Source: an uncultured Tangfeifania sp. (GTDB lineage Bacteria > Bacteroidota > Bacteroidia > Bacteroidales > Prolixibacteraceae). Taken from it: a stretch of DNA of 44,468 nucleotides. The stretch lies in the NCBI GenBank assembly GCA_964630075.1, contig CAZVTL010000001.1, positions 3,269 to 47,736 on the forward strand, in the 5' to 3' direction. The position numbers and the translations under genes were made by a program. Shown here piece by piece: positions 17,653 through 26,272 of the stretch (position 1 is its first letter; each line of letters begins with the position of its first letter). The notes under the pieces are model-generated. The model had not been told where the DNA came from and ran no database searches. It was given only the letters and a program-made list of their open reading frames with translations.

Positions 17653-18837
17653 TTATAAAAACCATGGATAAACCGTACCCGGCAGATCCGAAACAGAGTT
17701 GCTGATCATATATTTTCTTTCGATATTGATCTCCGCAGCCAATCGCTCCAGTTTCCGGTAGTCCTGTTCCACCGGCTTTTGCTTTACTTCAAAAGCGATC
17801 TCCTTGTTCAGCACGAAGTCAATTTCTGCTGTATTTCTCTTGTTGTAGAAGCTCAGCTCCCCCCTATTGGCCAGTTGATTGGCCACTGCCGTCTCCAGCA
17901 ATTGCCCTTCTGTAACTTTTGCCACCAGGTTGAGAATACCTGTATCTGAAAAATAGACCTTCTTGCCTCCTGCCACACTCCGGTCGATGCTCCCTGAATA
18001 TTTTGGCACCAGTTTCAGGAAAAATATTCCCTCCAGAAATTCAAGATAGCTGTACACCTTGACCCTGTTGATGGAAAGCTCGGAGGCGAGACGTGTTACA
18101 TCTAGCATATTCCCGTTTCGTGCCGCCAGTAGCAAAATCAGGTCACGCAACTCCCGCACCTCTCTGAGTTCGGTAAATACCTTGATATCCTTTTCGAAAA
18201 AGGAGGCAAAAATATTCTTCAGTATCTGCTTTTTGGTCTGGCTGTCAGGTGTAAGAGCCACCTCCGGAAATCCGCCAAATTCCATGTACTCTTCATAAAA
18301 TTCCTGGTTTTTAACGACCAGTGCCCTGGATTTTGGTGCCAATACCTCTTCCAGTTTCTCTCCAGGGTCAATTCCCGGTAAAATTCCCTTGAAGTGCAAA
18401 AATTCCCGGTAGGTCAATACCGGTAATACATACAGAAATTTGCGCCCACTGAGTGATTCAGGGAACAAATTGCGCAGGTAATAATTGGAGGAACCCGTCA
18501 CAATGAATTTTACCCCATAGTGATCGATCAGGTATTTAATGATCTTGGTAATAGCAGGCAAATTTTGGATCTCATCAATGCAAACCAACAGGCGCTCTGC
18601 ATCTTTCAGCTCTGACATCCCTGTCAAATCCCTGTAAACAGCATTGTAATCCAGGTTTTCGAAAACCATTTGGTCCAGGGGATTGTCAAGGTCAAACCAC
18701 AAGCGCTTTCCCTCAAACTGATTGAAAAGCTGGCGCATAAGGGTAGTCTTGCCTACCTGTCTCATACCCGTTATGACAAGGGCATTCTTGTGGTAGAGCT
18801 GGGGAACAATCTCTGAAAACAAAGTTCGCGTAAGCAT
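17653..18837 (-). CDS. AAA+ ATPase with C-terminal DUF4143/PD-(D/E)xK-like domain (COG1373-type)
   Basis: Walker A GMRQVGKTT and Walker B LLVCIDEIQ. C-terminal AEIDFVLNKEIAFEVK fits a D...E.K nuclease-like signature. Confidence 0.75.
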   Translation of the reverse strand: MLTRTLFSEIVPQLYHKNALVITGMRQVGKTTLMRQLFNQFEGKRLWFDLDNPLDQMVFENLDYNAVYRDLTGMSELKDAERLLVCIDEIQNLPAITKIIKYLIDHYGVKFIVTGSSNYYLRNLFPESLSGRKFLYVLPVLTYREFLHFKGILPGIDPGEKLEEVLAPKSRALVVKNQEFYEEYMEFGGFPEVALTPDSQTKKQILKNIFASFFEKDIKVFTELREVRELRDLILLLAARNGNMLDVTRLASELSINRVKVYSYLEFLEGIFFLKLVPKYSGSIDRSVAGGKKVYFSDTGILNLVAKVTEGQLLETAVANQLANRGELSFYNKRNTAEIDFVLNKEIAFEVKQKPVEQDYRKLERLAAEINIERKYMISNSVSDLPGTVYPWFL

Positions 18838-18928
18838 ATTTGTAATTTATTTTTTTACAAATATACGCATATTTGTAAATATTTTTTTACATATATGTAT
18901 GTATTTGTAAAATATTTTTTACATATCT
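18838..18928. repeat. Three AT-rich tandem repeats (32-33-bp period), each with a TTGTAA...TTACA(A/T) inverted repeat
   Basis: R1 18838-18864 ATTTGTAATTTATTTTTTTACAAATAT. R2 18871-18896 ATTTGTAAATATTTTTTTACATATAT. R3 18903-18928 ATTTGTAAAATATTTTTTACATATCT. Together they fill the 96-bp gap between the AraC stop and the ATPase start. Confidence 0.8.
18858..18865 (-). promoter_or_regulatory. Candidate -7 box (TAtaTTTG on minus strand) for the ATPase gene
   Basis: Plus-strand CAAATATA lies 21 nt upstream of the minus-strand ATG at 18837, inside repeat R1. This is a motif match only. Confidence 0.3.
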
Positions 18929-18933
18929 ACATT

Positions 18934-19809
18934 TTACATCCCTCTTTTTCTGTAAATAGCCGGAGAAACACCCATTACCTTCCTGAAAACTCGGGAAAAA
19001 TAAAACTGGTCGTCGAAGCCCATTTCCCGTGAAACATCCGCAACCAACCAGCCGGGATGGTCCAATAAGCGGCAAGCCCGCTGCACCTTCAACTGGATGA
19101 AGTAATCGATGGGTGAATGGCCGGTGCTGTTTTGGAACAGGCGCGAAAAATGGGAGGCCGACAACCCCGTAGCTGCCGCGATCTCCTGAAGCTTTAACTT
19201 CCCTGACAGATGTTCCAGCATAAAGCTGATCGCCAGTCCAACCGTATCATTTTCACCCGGTTCCCTCACAAAACGGAATTGGCTAAGGTGGGTAAAAGAG
19301 GCCAGCAGATGTGGCAGGCATAAATTGACATACTCCAACGTTTCAAGGCTAAATCCCCGGTCAAGATTGCGGAAGATCTCCGAGAAAAGATCGATCCGGT
19401 CGCCATTTCGTGAGCTCTTGGACCGATCGATGGCCATAGCCTGGCAGGCATAATGGTTGTAATGGACTGACTTGCTGCCTGAAAAATGAATCCAATAGAT
19501 CGTCCAGGGATATAGTTCATCCGAATGATAGGAATGGGCCATCCCTGCAGGAACGATAAAATATTGGTCAGCTACTAGTTCGTGCGCATTTTCGTTGAGC
19601 CGGATCACTCCTCTCCCACCCACACAATAGATCAGGATAAACTGGTTGCTCCCGGTTGGCCGCTCCCTGAAATGGTGCCTTGCCTCCGGGTAATAGCCAA
19701 TGTCGGTAAGGTACAAATCTGCAGTCAAAGGATTGCCCTTCACAAGACCCAAAATCCGGTCTGGAATGACGAAACTGATTTGGCCGGGGAAACCCTCTTC
19801 CTTCTTCAT
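18934..19809 (-). CDS. AraC-family transcriptional regulator (cupin sensor + HTH)
   Basis: C-terminal dual HTH: LQEIAAATGLSASHFSRLFQNSTGHSPIDYFIQLKVQRACRLL and VSREMGFDDQFYFSRVFRKVMGVSPAIYR. The N-terminus is cupin-like. Confidence 0.85.
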   Translation of the reverse strand: MKKEEGFPGQISFVIPDRILGLVKGNPLTADLYLTDIGYYPEARHHFRERPTGSNQFILIYCVGGRGVIRLNENAHELVADQYFIVPAGMAHSYHSDELYPWTIYWIHFSGSKSVHYNHYACQAMAIDRSKSSRNGDRIDLFSEIFRNLDRGFSLETLEYVNLCLPHLLASFTHLSQFRFVREPGENDTVGLAISFMLEHLSGKLKLQEIAAATGLSASHFSRLFQNSTGHSPIDYFIQLKVQRACRLLDHPGWLVADVSREMGFDDQFYFSRVFRKVMGVSPAIYRKRGM

Positions 19810-19872
19810 CCTAAATGGCAGTATTATTAATGTTCATATTTTATGGAGTTGACAAATTCATTTTCGGAATAA

Positions 19873-19880
19873 CAAAAATA
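19873..19880 (-). promoter_or_regulatory. Candidate -7 box (TAttTTTG on minus strand) for the AraC gene
   Basis: Plus-strand CAAAAATA lies 64 nt upstream of the minus-strand ATG at 19809. This is a motif match only. Confidence 0.3.
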
Positions 19881-19993
19881 TCTCAATTCCAGGAGATAAA
19901 ATAGTATTGTACAACATGTCCAAAATCACTTAAAATGATCATATAATCCATAAATTCATCAAATCTTTCATTCTTTGGGAGCTTTTGGAATGC

Positions 19994-20001
19994 TATTTTT
20001 G
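19994..20001 (+). promoter_or_regulatory. Candidate -7 box (TAttTTTG) for the MFS-GH97-GH2-GH27-DUF5107 operon
   Basis: Exact TAnnTTTG match 22 nt upstream of the GTG start at 20023. This is a motif match only. Confidence 0.35.
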
Positions 20002-20022
20002 CTTTAACTAAACTTCAGACTT

Positions 20023-21414
20023 GTGGAGAAATCAAACTTTAACCGTCAGTTCATTCTGGGAATTACCCTGGTATCCGCCATGGGTGGCCTGCTTTTTGGT
20101 TATGATTATGTTGTGATAGGGGGAGCCAAACCTTTCTACGAGCGTTATTTCGAGATTACCAACTCGCCTCACCTCCAGGGATGGGCCATGAGTTGTGCCC
20201 TCATCGGCTGCCTCGTTGGTGCCTTGGTTTCAGGTTACCTGACAGACCGGTTTGGTCGCAAAAAGCCACTGATACTGGCAGCCTTCCTTTTTACCATCGC
20301 GGCAATTGGCACCGGAGCCTTCAATTCATTCAACCTCTTTATCCTTTTCCGGTTGATTGGCGGACTAGGCATTGGACTGGCATCCGCCGTTTCACCCATG
20401 TACATTGCCGAAATCTCTCCTGCATCCATGCGCGGCAGACTGGTTTCCATCAACCAGCTAACCATCGTCATTGGCATACTAGCTGCCCAGATTGTCAATT
20501 ACCTCATCGCGGAGAAAGTTCCGGAAGGGGCTTCCGACCTAACAATTCTCAACTCCTGGAATGGACAAACCGGCTGGCGTTGGATGTTCTGGGCAGGAAC
20601 CTTCCCAGCATTGGCATTCTTTGCACTCTCTTTTTTTATCCCCGAAAGTCCACGCTTTCTGGCCAAATCAGGCAACTGGAGTGCAGCAGGAGAGACATTG
20701 AAAAGAATCGGCGGCACACAATATGCAATAGATGAGCAAAAAGAGATCGCCGCAACGCTCCATGGGAACAGTTCTAAAATCGACTGGAAAGCCTTATCAT
20801 CTCTCAAAGTCAGACCGATACTTATTTTGGGGATCGTATTGGCCGTATTTCAGCAATGGTGCGGGATCAATGTCATATTTAACTATGCAGAAGAGATCTT
20901 CTCCTCCGCTGGCTATTCAGTCAACGACATGCTTTTCAATATCGTCATTACCGGCACCGTCAATTTGGTTTTTTGCCTGATCGCCATGCAGATGGTGAAC
21001 AGCTGGGGCCGGCGGAAACTAATGCTGCTGGGCTCCCTGGGATTGGCCATCATCTTTTTCTCGTTGGGAGCAACCTACTATTTCGAATTGAAAGGATTGG
21101 CCATTTTGGGCTTGGTAATGCTGGCCATCGCAACCTATTCAATGACACTGGCCCCCATTACCTGGGTGATTCTATCTGAAATATTTCCCAACAGCATCAG
21201 GGGTGCGGCCATGGCCATTGCCACTACCTCACTTTGGATCGCCTGCTTTGTCCTTACCTATACCTTCCCCATCCTGAACAAGCTGCTGCAGGCCAGCGGC
21301 ACCTTCTGGCTCTATGCTTTGATCTGCCTGTTCGGTTTCTTTTTCATCCTGAAAAGACTGCCAGAAACAAAAGGAAAATCGCTGGAAGAGATTGAGCACA
21401 AACTGACCCTTTAA
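20023..21414 (+). CDS. Sugar-porter-family MFS transporter (XylE/GalP-like proton symporter)
   Basis: GTG start. Motifs GGLLFGYDYVVIGGA, DRFGRKKPL, PESPRFL and PETKGKSLEEIE are present, with about 12 TM segments. Confidence 0.85.
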   Translation: MEKSNFNRQFILGITLVSAMGGLLFGYDYVVIGGAKPFYERYFEITNSPHLQGWAMSCALIGCLVGALVSGYLTDRFGRKKPLILAAFLFTIAAIGTGAFNSFNLFILFRLIGGLGIGLASAVSPMYIAEISPASMRGRLVSINQLTIVIGILAAQIVNYLIAEKVPEGASDLTILNSWNGQTGWRWMFWAGTFPALAFFALSFFIPESPRFLAKSGNWSAAGETLKRIGGTQYAIDEQKEIAATLHGNSSKIDWKALSSLKVRPILILGIVLAVFQQWCGINVIFNYAEEIFSSAGYSVNDMLFNIVITGTVNLVFCLIAMQMVNSWGRRKLMLLGSLGLAIIFFSLGATYYFELKGLAILGLVMLAIATYSMTLAPITWVILSEIFPNSIRGAAMAIATTSLWIACFVLTYTFPILNKLLQASGTFWLYALICLFGFFFILKRLPETKGKSLEEIEHKLTL

Positions 21415-21425
21415 ATTGAAGTAGT

Positions 21426-23384
21426 ATGAAAAAAATCCTGCTGTTGATCCTGCTTTCTATCCAGATTCTGGGTACAAAAGCACAAAAATTCCAGATCAGC
21501 TCTCCGGATCAAAAACTGAACGCAACCATAGAAGTTGGCGGAACAATTAACATCAAACTGCAGAATGGAGAAGTGCAACTTATAAAATTGAATGGTTTGT
21601 CGTTGGAAAGCATGGGTGCAATAGATCCCTTTGCCCAATTGAAGGTTACCAAGAGTACGCGAAAATATGTCGACGAAGAGGTAATTCCAGATATCCGTGA
21701 AAAAAGCGATCGTTACAGGAATTGCTACAATGAGCTGGTAATCCGATTCAAATCCAACCATGCGTTCTCCATCAGGTTATTCAACGAAGGAATGGCCTAC
21801 CGCTTTTCATCCAGCCTCAAGGATAGCCTGACCATACTAAAAGAGAACCTTTCCATTCAACTCCAGGAAAATGACTCCATACGGTTTCAACCTGCCAAAG
21901 CTTTTAGATCATCCTATGAAACACCTTATGAGTTCAAGAAAATCAGCTCTGTTGAAGCGGGTTTGCTTTGTCACCTGCCTGTGTTGGTTGAAAAACCAGA
22001 TGGCCCCTTCATCATGATCACAGAGGCCAATCTTTACAATTATCCAGGTCTCTGGGTGCGTGGAACCGGTAAAGAGGCACTCACCGGAACAAATCCCACC
22101 TATCCCAAAACCTATTCCTACAAGGGAAATGCCTACGTACAGGGACAGATAGCTGAGTGGGAAACATTCATCGCAAAGGTGGCGGGAACAAGAGAATTTC
22201 CATGGCGAATTTTCGCCGTAGCTGACAAGGAAGAGGGACTGATAGGCAACAATCTGGTCTACCTCCTGGCATCACCCACCGAATTGAAGGATCTTTCCTG
22301 GATAAAACCTGGCGTGGTGATGTTCGACTGGTGGGCGAAAAACAACATCTACGGGGTAGATTTCAAGGCCGGGATCAACACCGAAACTGCCAAATATTTT
22401 ATCGACTTCTGCGCCGCAAAAGGGTTTCGCTACTTCCTTTTCGACGACGGCTGGTGCCCGAAAGATGACCTGCTACGCGAAATTCCGGGTTTGAACATGC
22501 CGGAAGTAACGGCATACGCCAAAACCAAAGGGGTAGATGTGATGCTTTGGGTGATTTGGCACTCCCTATACAAACAATGGGACCAAGCCTTCGACTTGTA
22601 CGAAAAATGGGGAATCAAAGGGATAAAAATGGATTTCATGGACAGGGATGACCAGGTAATGGTGGAGTTCTACGAAGCAGTAGCCCGCAAAGCTGCCGAA
22701 AAAAAGATGGTCCTCGACTTTCACGGAGCATACAAACCCTGCGGACTAAGCCGGAAATACCCAAATTTACTGACACGCGAAGCACTTATCGAATTTGAAT
22801 ACAGTGGTGGCACAACCTGGGACAATACCGAACACCACAATCTTTTGCCCTATATCCGGATGTTTACAGGAGCCATGGACTACATTCCGGGTACGATGCG
22901 CAATTCTACCAAAGAAAATTTCCGCGCAGTGGGGGATTACCCGATGGGACAAGGCACAAGAGCCCACTCCATGGCGCTATTTGTCATTCTCAGCAGCCCC
23001 ATGGAGATGCTGCCCGATTCCCCTTCCGACTATTACAGGGAAAAAGAATGTACCGATTTCCTTGCCAGGATTCCGGTAGAATGGAACGAAACCCGGCTGC
23101 TGGAAGGAAAGATTGGCCAATATACCATCCTCGGACGCAGATCAGGCAACGATTGGTTCGTAGGAGCCATTACCAACAACAAGGCACGTCAATTTGAATT
23201 GGCAACAGATTTTCTGAAACAGGGAAAATACCACATCGAACTAATTGAGGATGGGATCAATGCCGGTACCAGGGCAGAGGATTACAAAAAAATCTCGTTT
23301 GATTTTTCTGCCGGTGAAATACTTAAAATAAACATGGTTGCCGGTGGCGGTTGGATCGCCCGGATTACACCCAAAAACCAATAA
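21426..23384 (+). CDS. GH97 glycoside hydrolase (second paralog)
   Basis: Signal peptide MKKILLLILLSIQILGTKAQ. Blocks GFRYFLFDDGWC, GIKGIKMDFMDRD and VLDFHGAYKPCGLSRKYPNLLTREALIEFEY are present. It starts 11 nt after the MFS stop. Confidence 0.85.
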   Translation: MKKILLLILLSIQILGTKAQKFQISSPDQKLNATIEVGGTINIKLQNGEVQLIKLNGLSLESMGAIDPFAQLKVTKSTRKYVDEEVIPDIREKSDRYRNCYNELVIRFKSNHAFSIRLFNEGMAYRFSSSLKDSLTILKENLSIQLQENDSIRFQPAKAFRSSYETPYEFKKISSVEAGLLCHLPVLVEKPDGPFIMITEANLYNYPGLWVRGTGKEALTGTNPTYPKTYSYKGNAYVQGQIAEWETFIAKVAGTREFPWRIFAVADKEEGLIGNNLVYLLASPTELKDLSWIKPGVVMFDWWAKNNIYGVDFKAGINTETAKYFIDFCAAKGFRYFLFDDGWCPKDDLLREIPGLNMPEVTAYAKTKGVDVMLWVIWHSLYKQWDQAFDLYEKWGIKGIKMDFMDRDDQVMVEFYEAVARKAAEKKMVLDFHGAYKPCGLSRKYPNLLTREALIEFEYSGGTTWDNTEHHNLLPYIRMFTGAMDYIPGTMRNSTKENFRAVGDYPMGQGTRAHSMALFVILSSPMEMLPDSPSDYYREKECTDFLARIPVEWNETRLLEGKIGQYTILGRRSGNDWFVGAITNNKARQFELATDFLKQGKYHIELIEDGINAGTRAEDYKKISFDFSAGEILKINMVAGGGWIARITPKNQ

Positions 23385-23418
23385 TTGCACATTAGATTAC
23401 CCTTTAAACATAACTGTT

Positions 23419-26253
23419 ATGAAGAAAATAAAACTCTTGTCCTTGCTGGTTTTTCTTACAATGGCCACCTTCGGTCAAACCTCCCAAGGCAAGATTGATC
23501 TTGCGGGAACATGGAAATTCGCCATGGATTCAGGAGACAAAGGCATCTCAGAGAGATGGTTTGAAAAGAACCTGTCAGATTCCATCTCACTTCCCGGCTC
23601 CTTGTCAACCAACGGAAAAGGAGAGGAGGTTGGATTGAGGACTCAATGGACCGGACAAATTGTCGACAGCTCCTATTTCAAAAATCCGGAATATGCGAAA
23701 TATAGAGAGCCAGGAAATATCAAAATCCCCTTTTGGTTGCAATCCCTGAAACACTACCAGGGCGCCGCTTGGTTCCAGAAAGAGATCACAATCCCTGCAA
23801 ACTGGAATGGAAAGGATATCAATCTGATCCTCGAAAGATGCCACTGGGAAAGCAGGCTGTGGGTAGACAACCACGAAGCAGGCATGCGCAATTCACTGGG
23901 AACACCGCACTCCTATAATTTAACTCCCCTACTTACACCCGGGAAGCATACCTTGACTGTTTGTATCGACAACCGGACCAAGGAGATTGATCCCGGACTT
24001 AACTCTCACAGCATCTCCGACCATACCCAGACCAACTGGAACGGCATTGTGGGACAGCTCTATCTCGAAGCCAAATCCCTGATCAACATTGACAACATCC
24101 AGGTTTATCCCAATGTTTCCGGAAAGAAGATAACCACAAAAATAAAAGTCCAAAATCCTACCGGGAAAATTGCAAAGATTAGTATCGCTCTGAATGTCAA
24201 TGGGATTAAGCGAGTTTACCACAAATCTGACGATTTTGAACTAGGCATAGGAGAAAATCTGCTGACAATGATTTACCCAATGGGTGACAGTATCAGGCTT
24301 TGGAGTGAATTTCATCCCGACAGGTACACGCTAACCGCTGTACTGACCGAAAAGACCACAAAGCAGGAAGATATCTACAAGACATTTTTCGGGATGCGGG
24401 AGATAAAGCCCAAAGGCAACCAGCTGCTGATCAATGGGAAACCCCTCTATCTGAGGGGAACGCTCGAATGTGCCATCTTCCCAAAGACAGGGTATCCACC
24501 CACCACAACGGAAGAGTGGCTCCGCATCTACAACATCTGCAAGGCACATGGCCTCAACCACCTCCGTTTCCACTCCTGGTGCCCACCTGAAGCAGCCTTC
24601 GAAGCAGCCGACCTGGCGGGATTCTACCTACATGTGGAGTGCTCCTCCTGGTGCAACCAATCCACCTCCCTGGGTGACGGAAAACCCTTCGACAAATACC
24701 TATACGAAGAGAGCCAGCGCATGGTGGAAGAATACGGAAACCACCCCTCCTTCTGCATGATGGCATACGGGAATGAACCTGGTGGTCGCAATTTCAAACC
24801 ATTTTTGAGCCAATTCGTCAGCTACTGGAAAGAGAAAGACAGCCGGCGAATCTACACCTCCGGAGCCGGATGGCCCGATCTGCCTGAAAACGATTTCCTC
24901 AGCAATCCATCTCCCAGGATCCAGGGATGGGGAGAAGGGCTGAAAAGCATCATCAACGGCGCTGCACCAACCAATGCCTACGATTGGTCGGCCAAAATCG
25001 CCAAACTCACACAGCCGGTAGTAAGCCACGAAATCGGTCAATGGTGCGTCTATCCAAATTTTAAAGAAATTCCCAAATACAATGGAGTGGTCCGGGCCAA
25101 AAACTTTGAGATTTTTCAGGAAACCCTTCAACACAATGGAATGGGACAACTGGCAGACAGTTTCCTGCTGGCCTCGGGAAAACTGCAGGCGCTCTGTTAC
25201 AAGGCAGACATAGAAGCGGCACTGCGTACAAAAGGATTTGCAGGTTTTCAACTACTGGATTTGCATGATTTTCCAGGTCAGGGCACAGCACTCGTTGGGG
25301 TACTCGATCCCTTCTGGGAAGAGAAAGGTTACATCACACCCAAAGAATACAGCCAGTTCTGCAATGCTACGGTACCGCTGGCCAGGATGAAAAAATTCAT
25401 CTTTACAAGCAATGACATTTTTGAAGCCGCTGTCGAAGTTGCTCACTTTGGTGATTTGCCATTGACAAGATGCACTCCGGAATGGAATATTACAGATCAA
25501 CTGGGAAAAACAGTGAAATCAGGTCAATTGAAAACCTGTGACATTCCGCTGGGCAATGGTTTCCAACTTGGGACAATCACCTTACCCCTGGCCCTCCGGA
25601 ACAAGCCAGAGAAATTAAAATTGGAGGTGAAAATTGGTAAATTCTACAACAGCTGGGATTTCTGGGTTTATCCTGCTACGAAAGTGGCTCTGGCAAACGA
25701 AGAAAAAATCAAGGTCGTAACTTCACTGGATCAGTTAACTCAAAAGCATTTGGAGGAGGGTGGCACCGTCTTGCTGACCCTGAAAAATGGAACCTTAAAG
25801 CCCGAATTTGGCGGAAATGTGGCCATCGGATTCTCCAGCATCTTCTGGAATACTGCCTGGACGAAAGGACAACCACCCCATACGCTTGGCATTCTTTGCA
25901 ATCCGAAACACCCTGCCCTGGCAGAATTTCCAACCGAATACCACAGCAACTGGCAATGGTGGGATGCCATGAGCCATTCCGGATCGGTCAATCTGACAGC
26001 CTTCCCGGAAGGGCTACAGCCAATAGTTCGGGTAATCGACGACTGGTTTACCAACCGTCCGCTTGCACTCATTCTTGAAGCAAAGGCAGGCAAAGGCCGC
26101 ATACTGATTTCCGGAATCGACCTTGTCACAGACCTTGAAAATCGTCCCGAAGCCCGGCAACTTCTCTACAGCCTGAAGAGATACATGTCTGGCAATCAGT
26201 TTAATCCTGCTGTTCCAGTAGATTCCTCCCTCCTTCAGAGACTTAACAATTAA
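23419..26253 (+). CDS. GH2-like glycoside hydrolase (beta-galactosidase/glucuronidase superfamily)
   Basis: ATG 23419 gives signal peptide MKKIKLLSLLVFLTMATFGQ. The N-terminus is a sugar-binding jelly-roll (WKFAMDSGDKGISERWF...). TIM-barrel blocks are NHLRFHSWCPPEA, AYGNEPGG (acid/base Glu candidate) and VSHEIGQWCVYP (nucleophile Glu candidate). Confidence 0.65.
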   Translation: MKKIKLLSLLVFLTMATFGQTSQGKIDLAGTWKFAMDSGDKGISERWFEKNLSDSISLPGSLSTNGKGEEVGLRTQWTGQIVDSSYFKNPEYAKYREPGNIKIPFWLQSLKHYQGAAWFQKEITIPANWNGKDINLILERCHWESRLWVDNHEAGMRNSLGTPHSYNLTPLLTPGKHTLTVCIDNRTKEIDPGLNSHSISDHTQTNWNGIVGQLYLEAKSLINIDNIQVYPNVSGKKITTKIKVQNPTGKIAKISIALNVNGIKRVYHKSDDFELGIGENLLTMIYPMGDSIRLWSEFHPDRYTLTAVLTEKTTKQEDIYKTFFGMREIKPKGNQLLINGKPLYLRGTLECAIFPKTGYPPTTTEEWLRIYNICKAHGLNHLRFHSWCPPEAAFEAADLAGFYLHVECSSWCNQSTSLGDGKPFDKYLYEESQRMVEEYGNHPSFCMMAYGNEPGGRNFKPFLSQFVSYWKEKDSRRIYTSGAGWPDLPENDFLSNPSPRIQGWGEGLKSIINGAAPTNAYDWSAKIAKLTQPVVSHEIGQWCVYPNFKEIPKYNGVVRAKNFEIFQETLQHNGMGQLADSFLLASGKLQALCYKADIEAALRTKGFAGFQLLDLHDFPGQGTALVGVLDPFWEEKGYITPKEYSQFCNATVPLARMKKFIFTSNDIFEAAVEVAHFGDLPLTRCTPEWNITDQLGKTVKSGQLKTCDIPLGNGFQLGTITLPLALRNKPEKLKLEVKIGKFYNSWDFWVYPATKVALANEEKIKVVTSLDQLTQKHLEEGGTVLLTLKNGTLKPEFGGNVAIGFSSIFWNTAWTKGQPPHTLGILCNPKHPALAEFPTEYHSNWQWWDAMSHSGSVNLTAFPEGLQPIVRVIDDWFTNRPLALILEAKAGKGRILISGIDLVTDLENRPEARQLLYSLKRYMSGNQFNPAVPVDSSLLQRLNN

Positions 26254-26272
26254 TTGATCAACGCTAAAACCC

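Noticed and set aside
18838-18928. Possible CRISPR array or minisatellite
   Set aside because: There are only three units, which are AT-rich and whose spacers are a few nt. No cas genes are present. The array lies exactly in a promoter-sized gap, so it is better explained as operator/promoter repeats.
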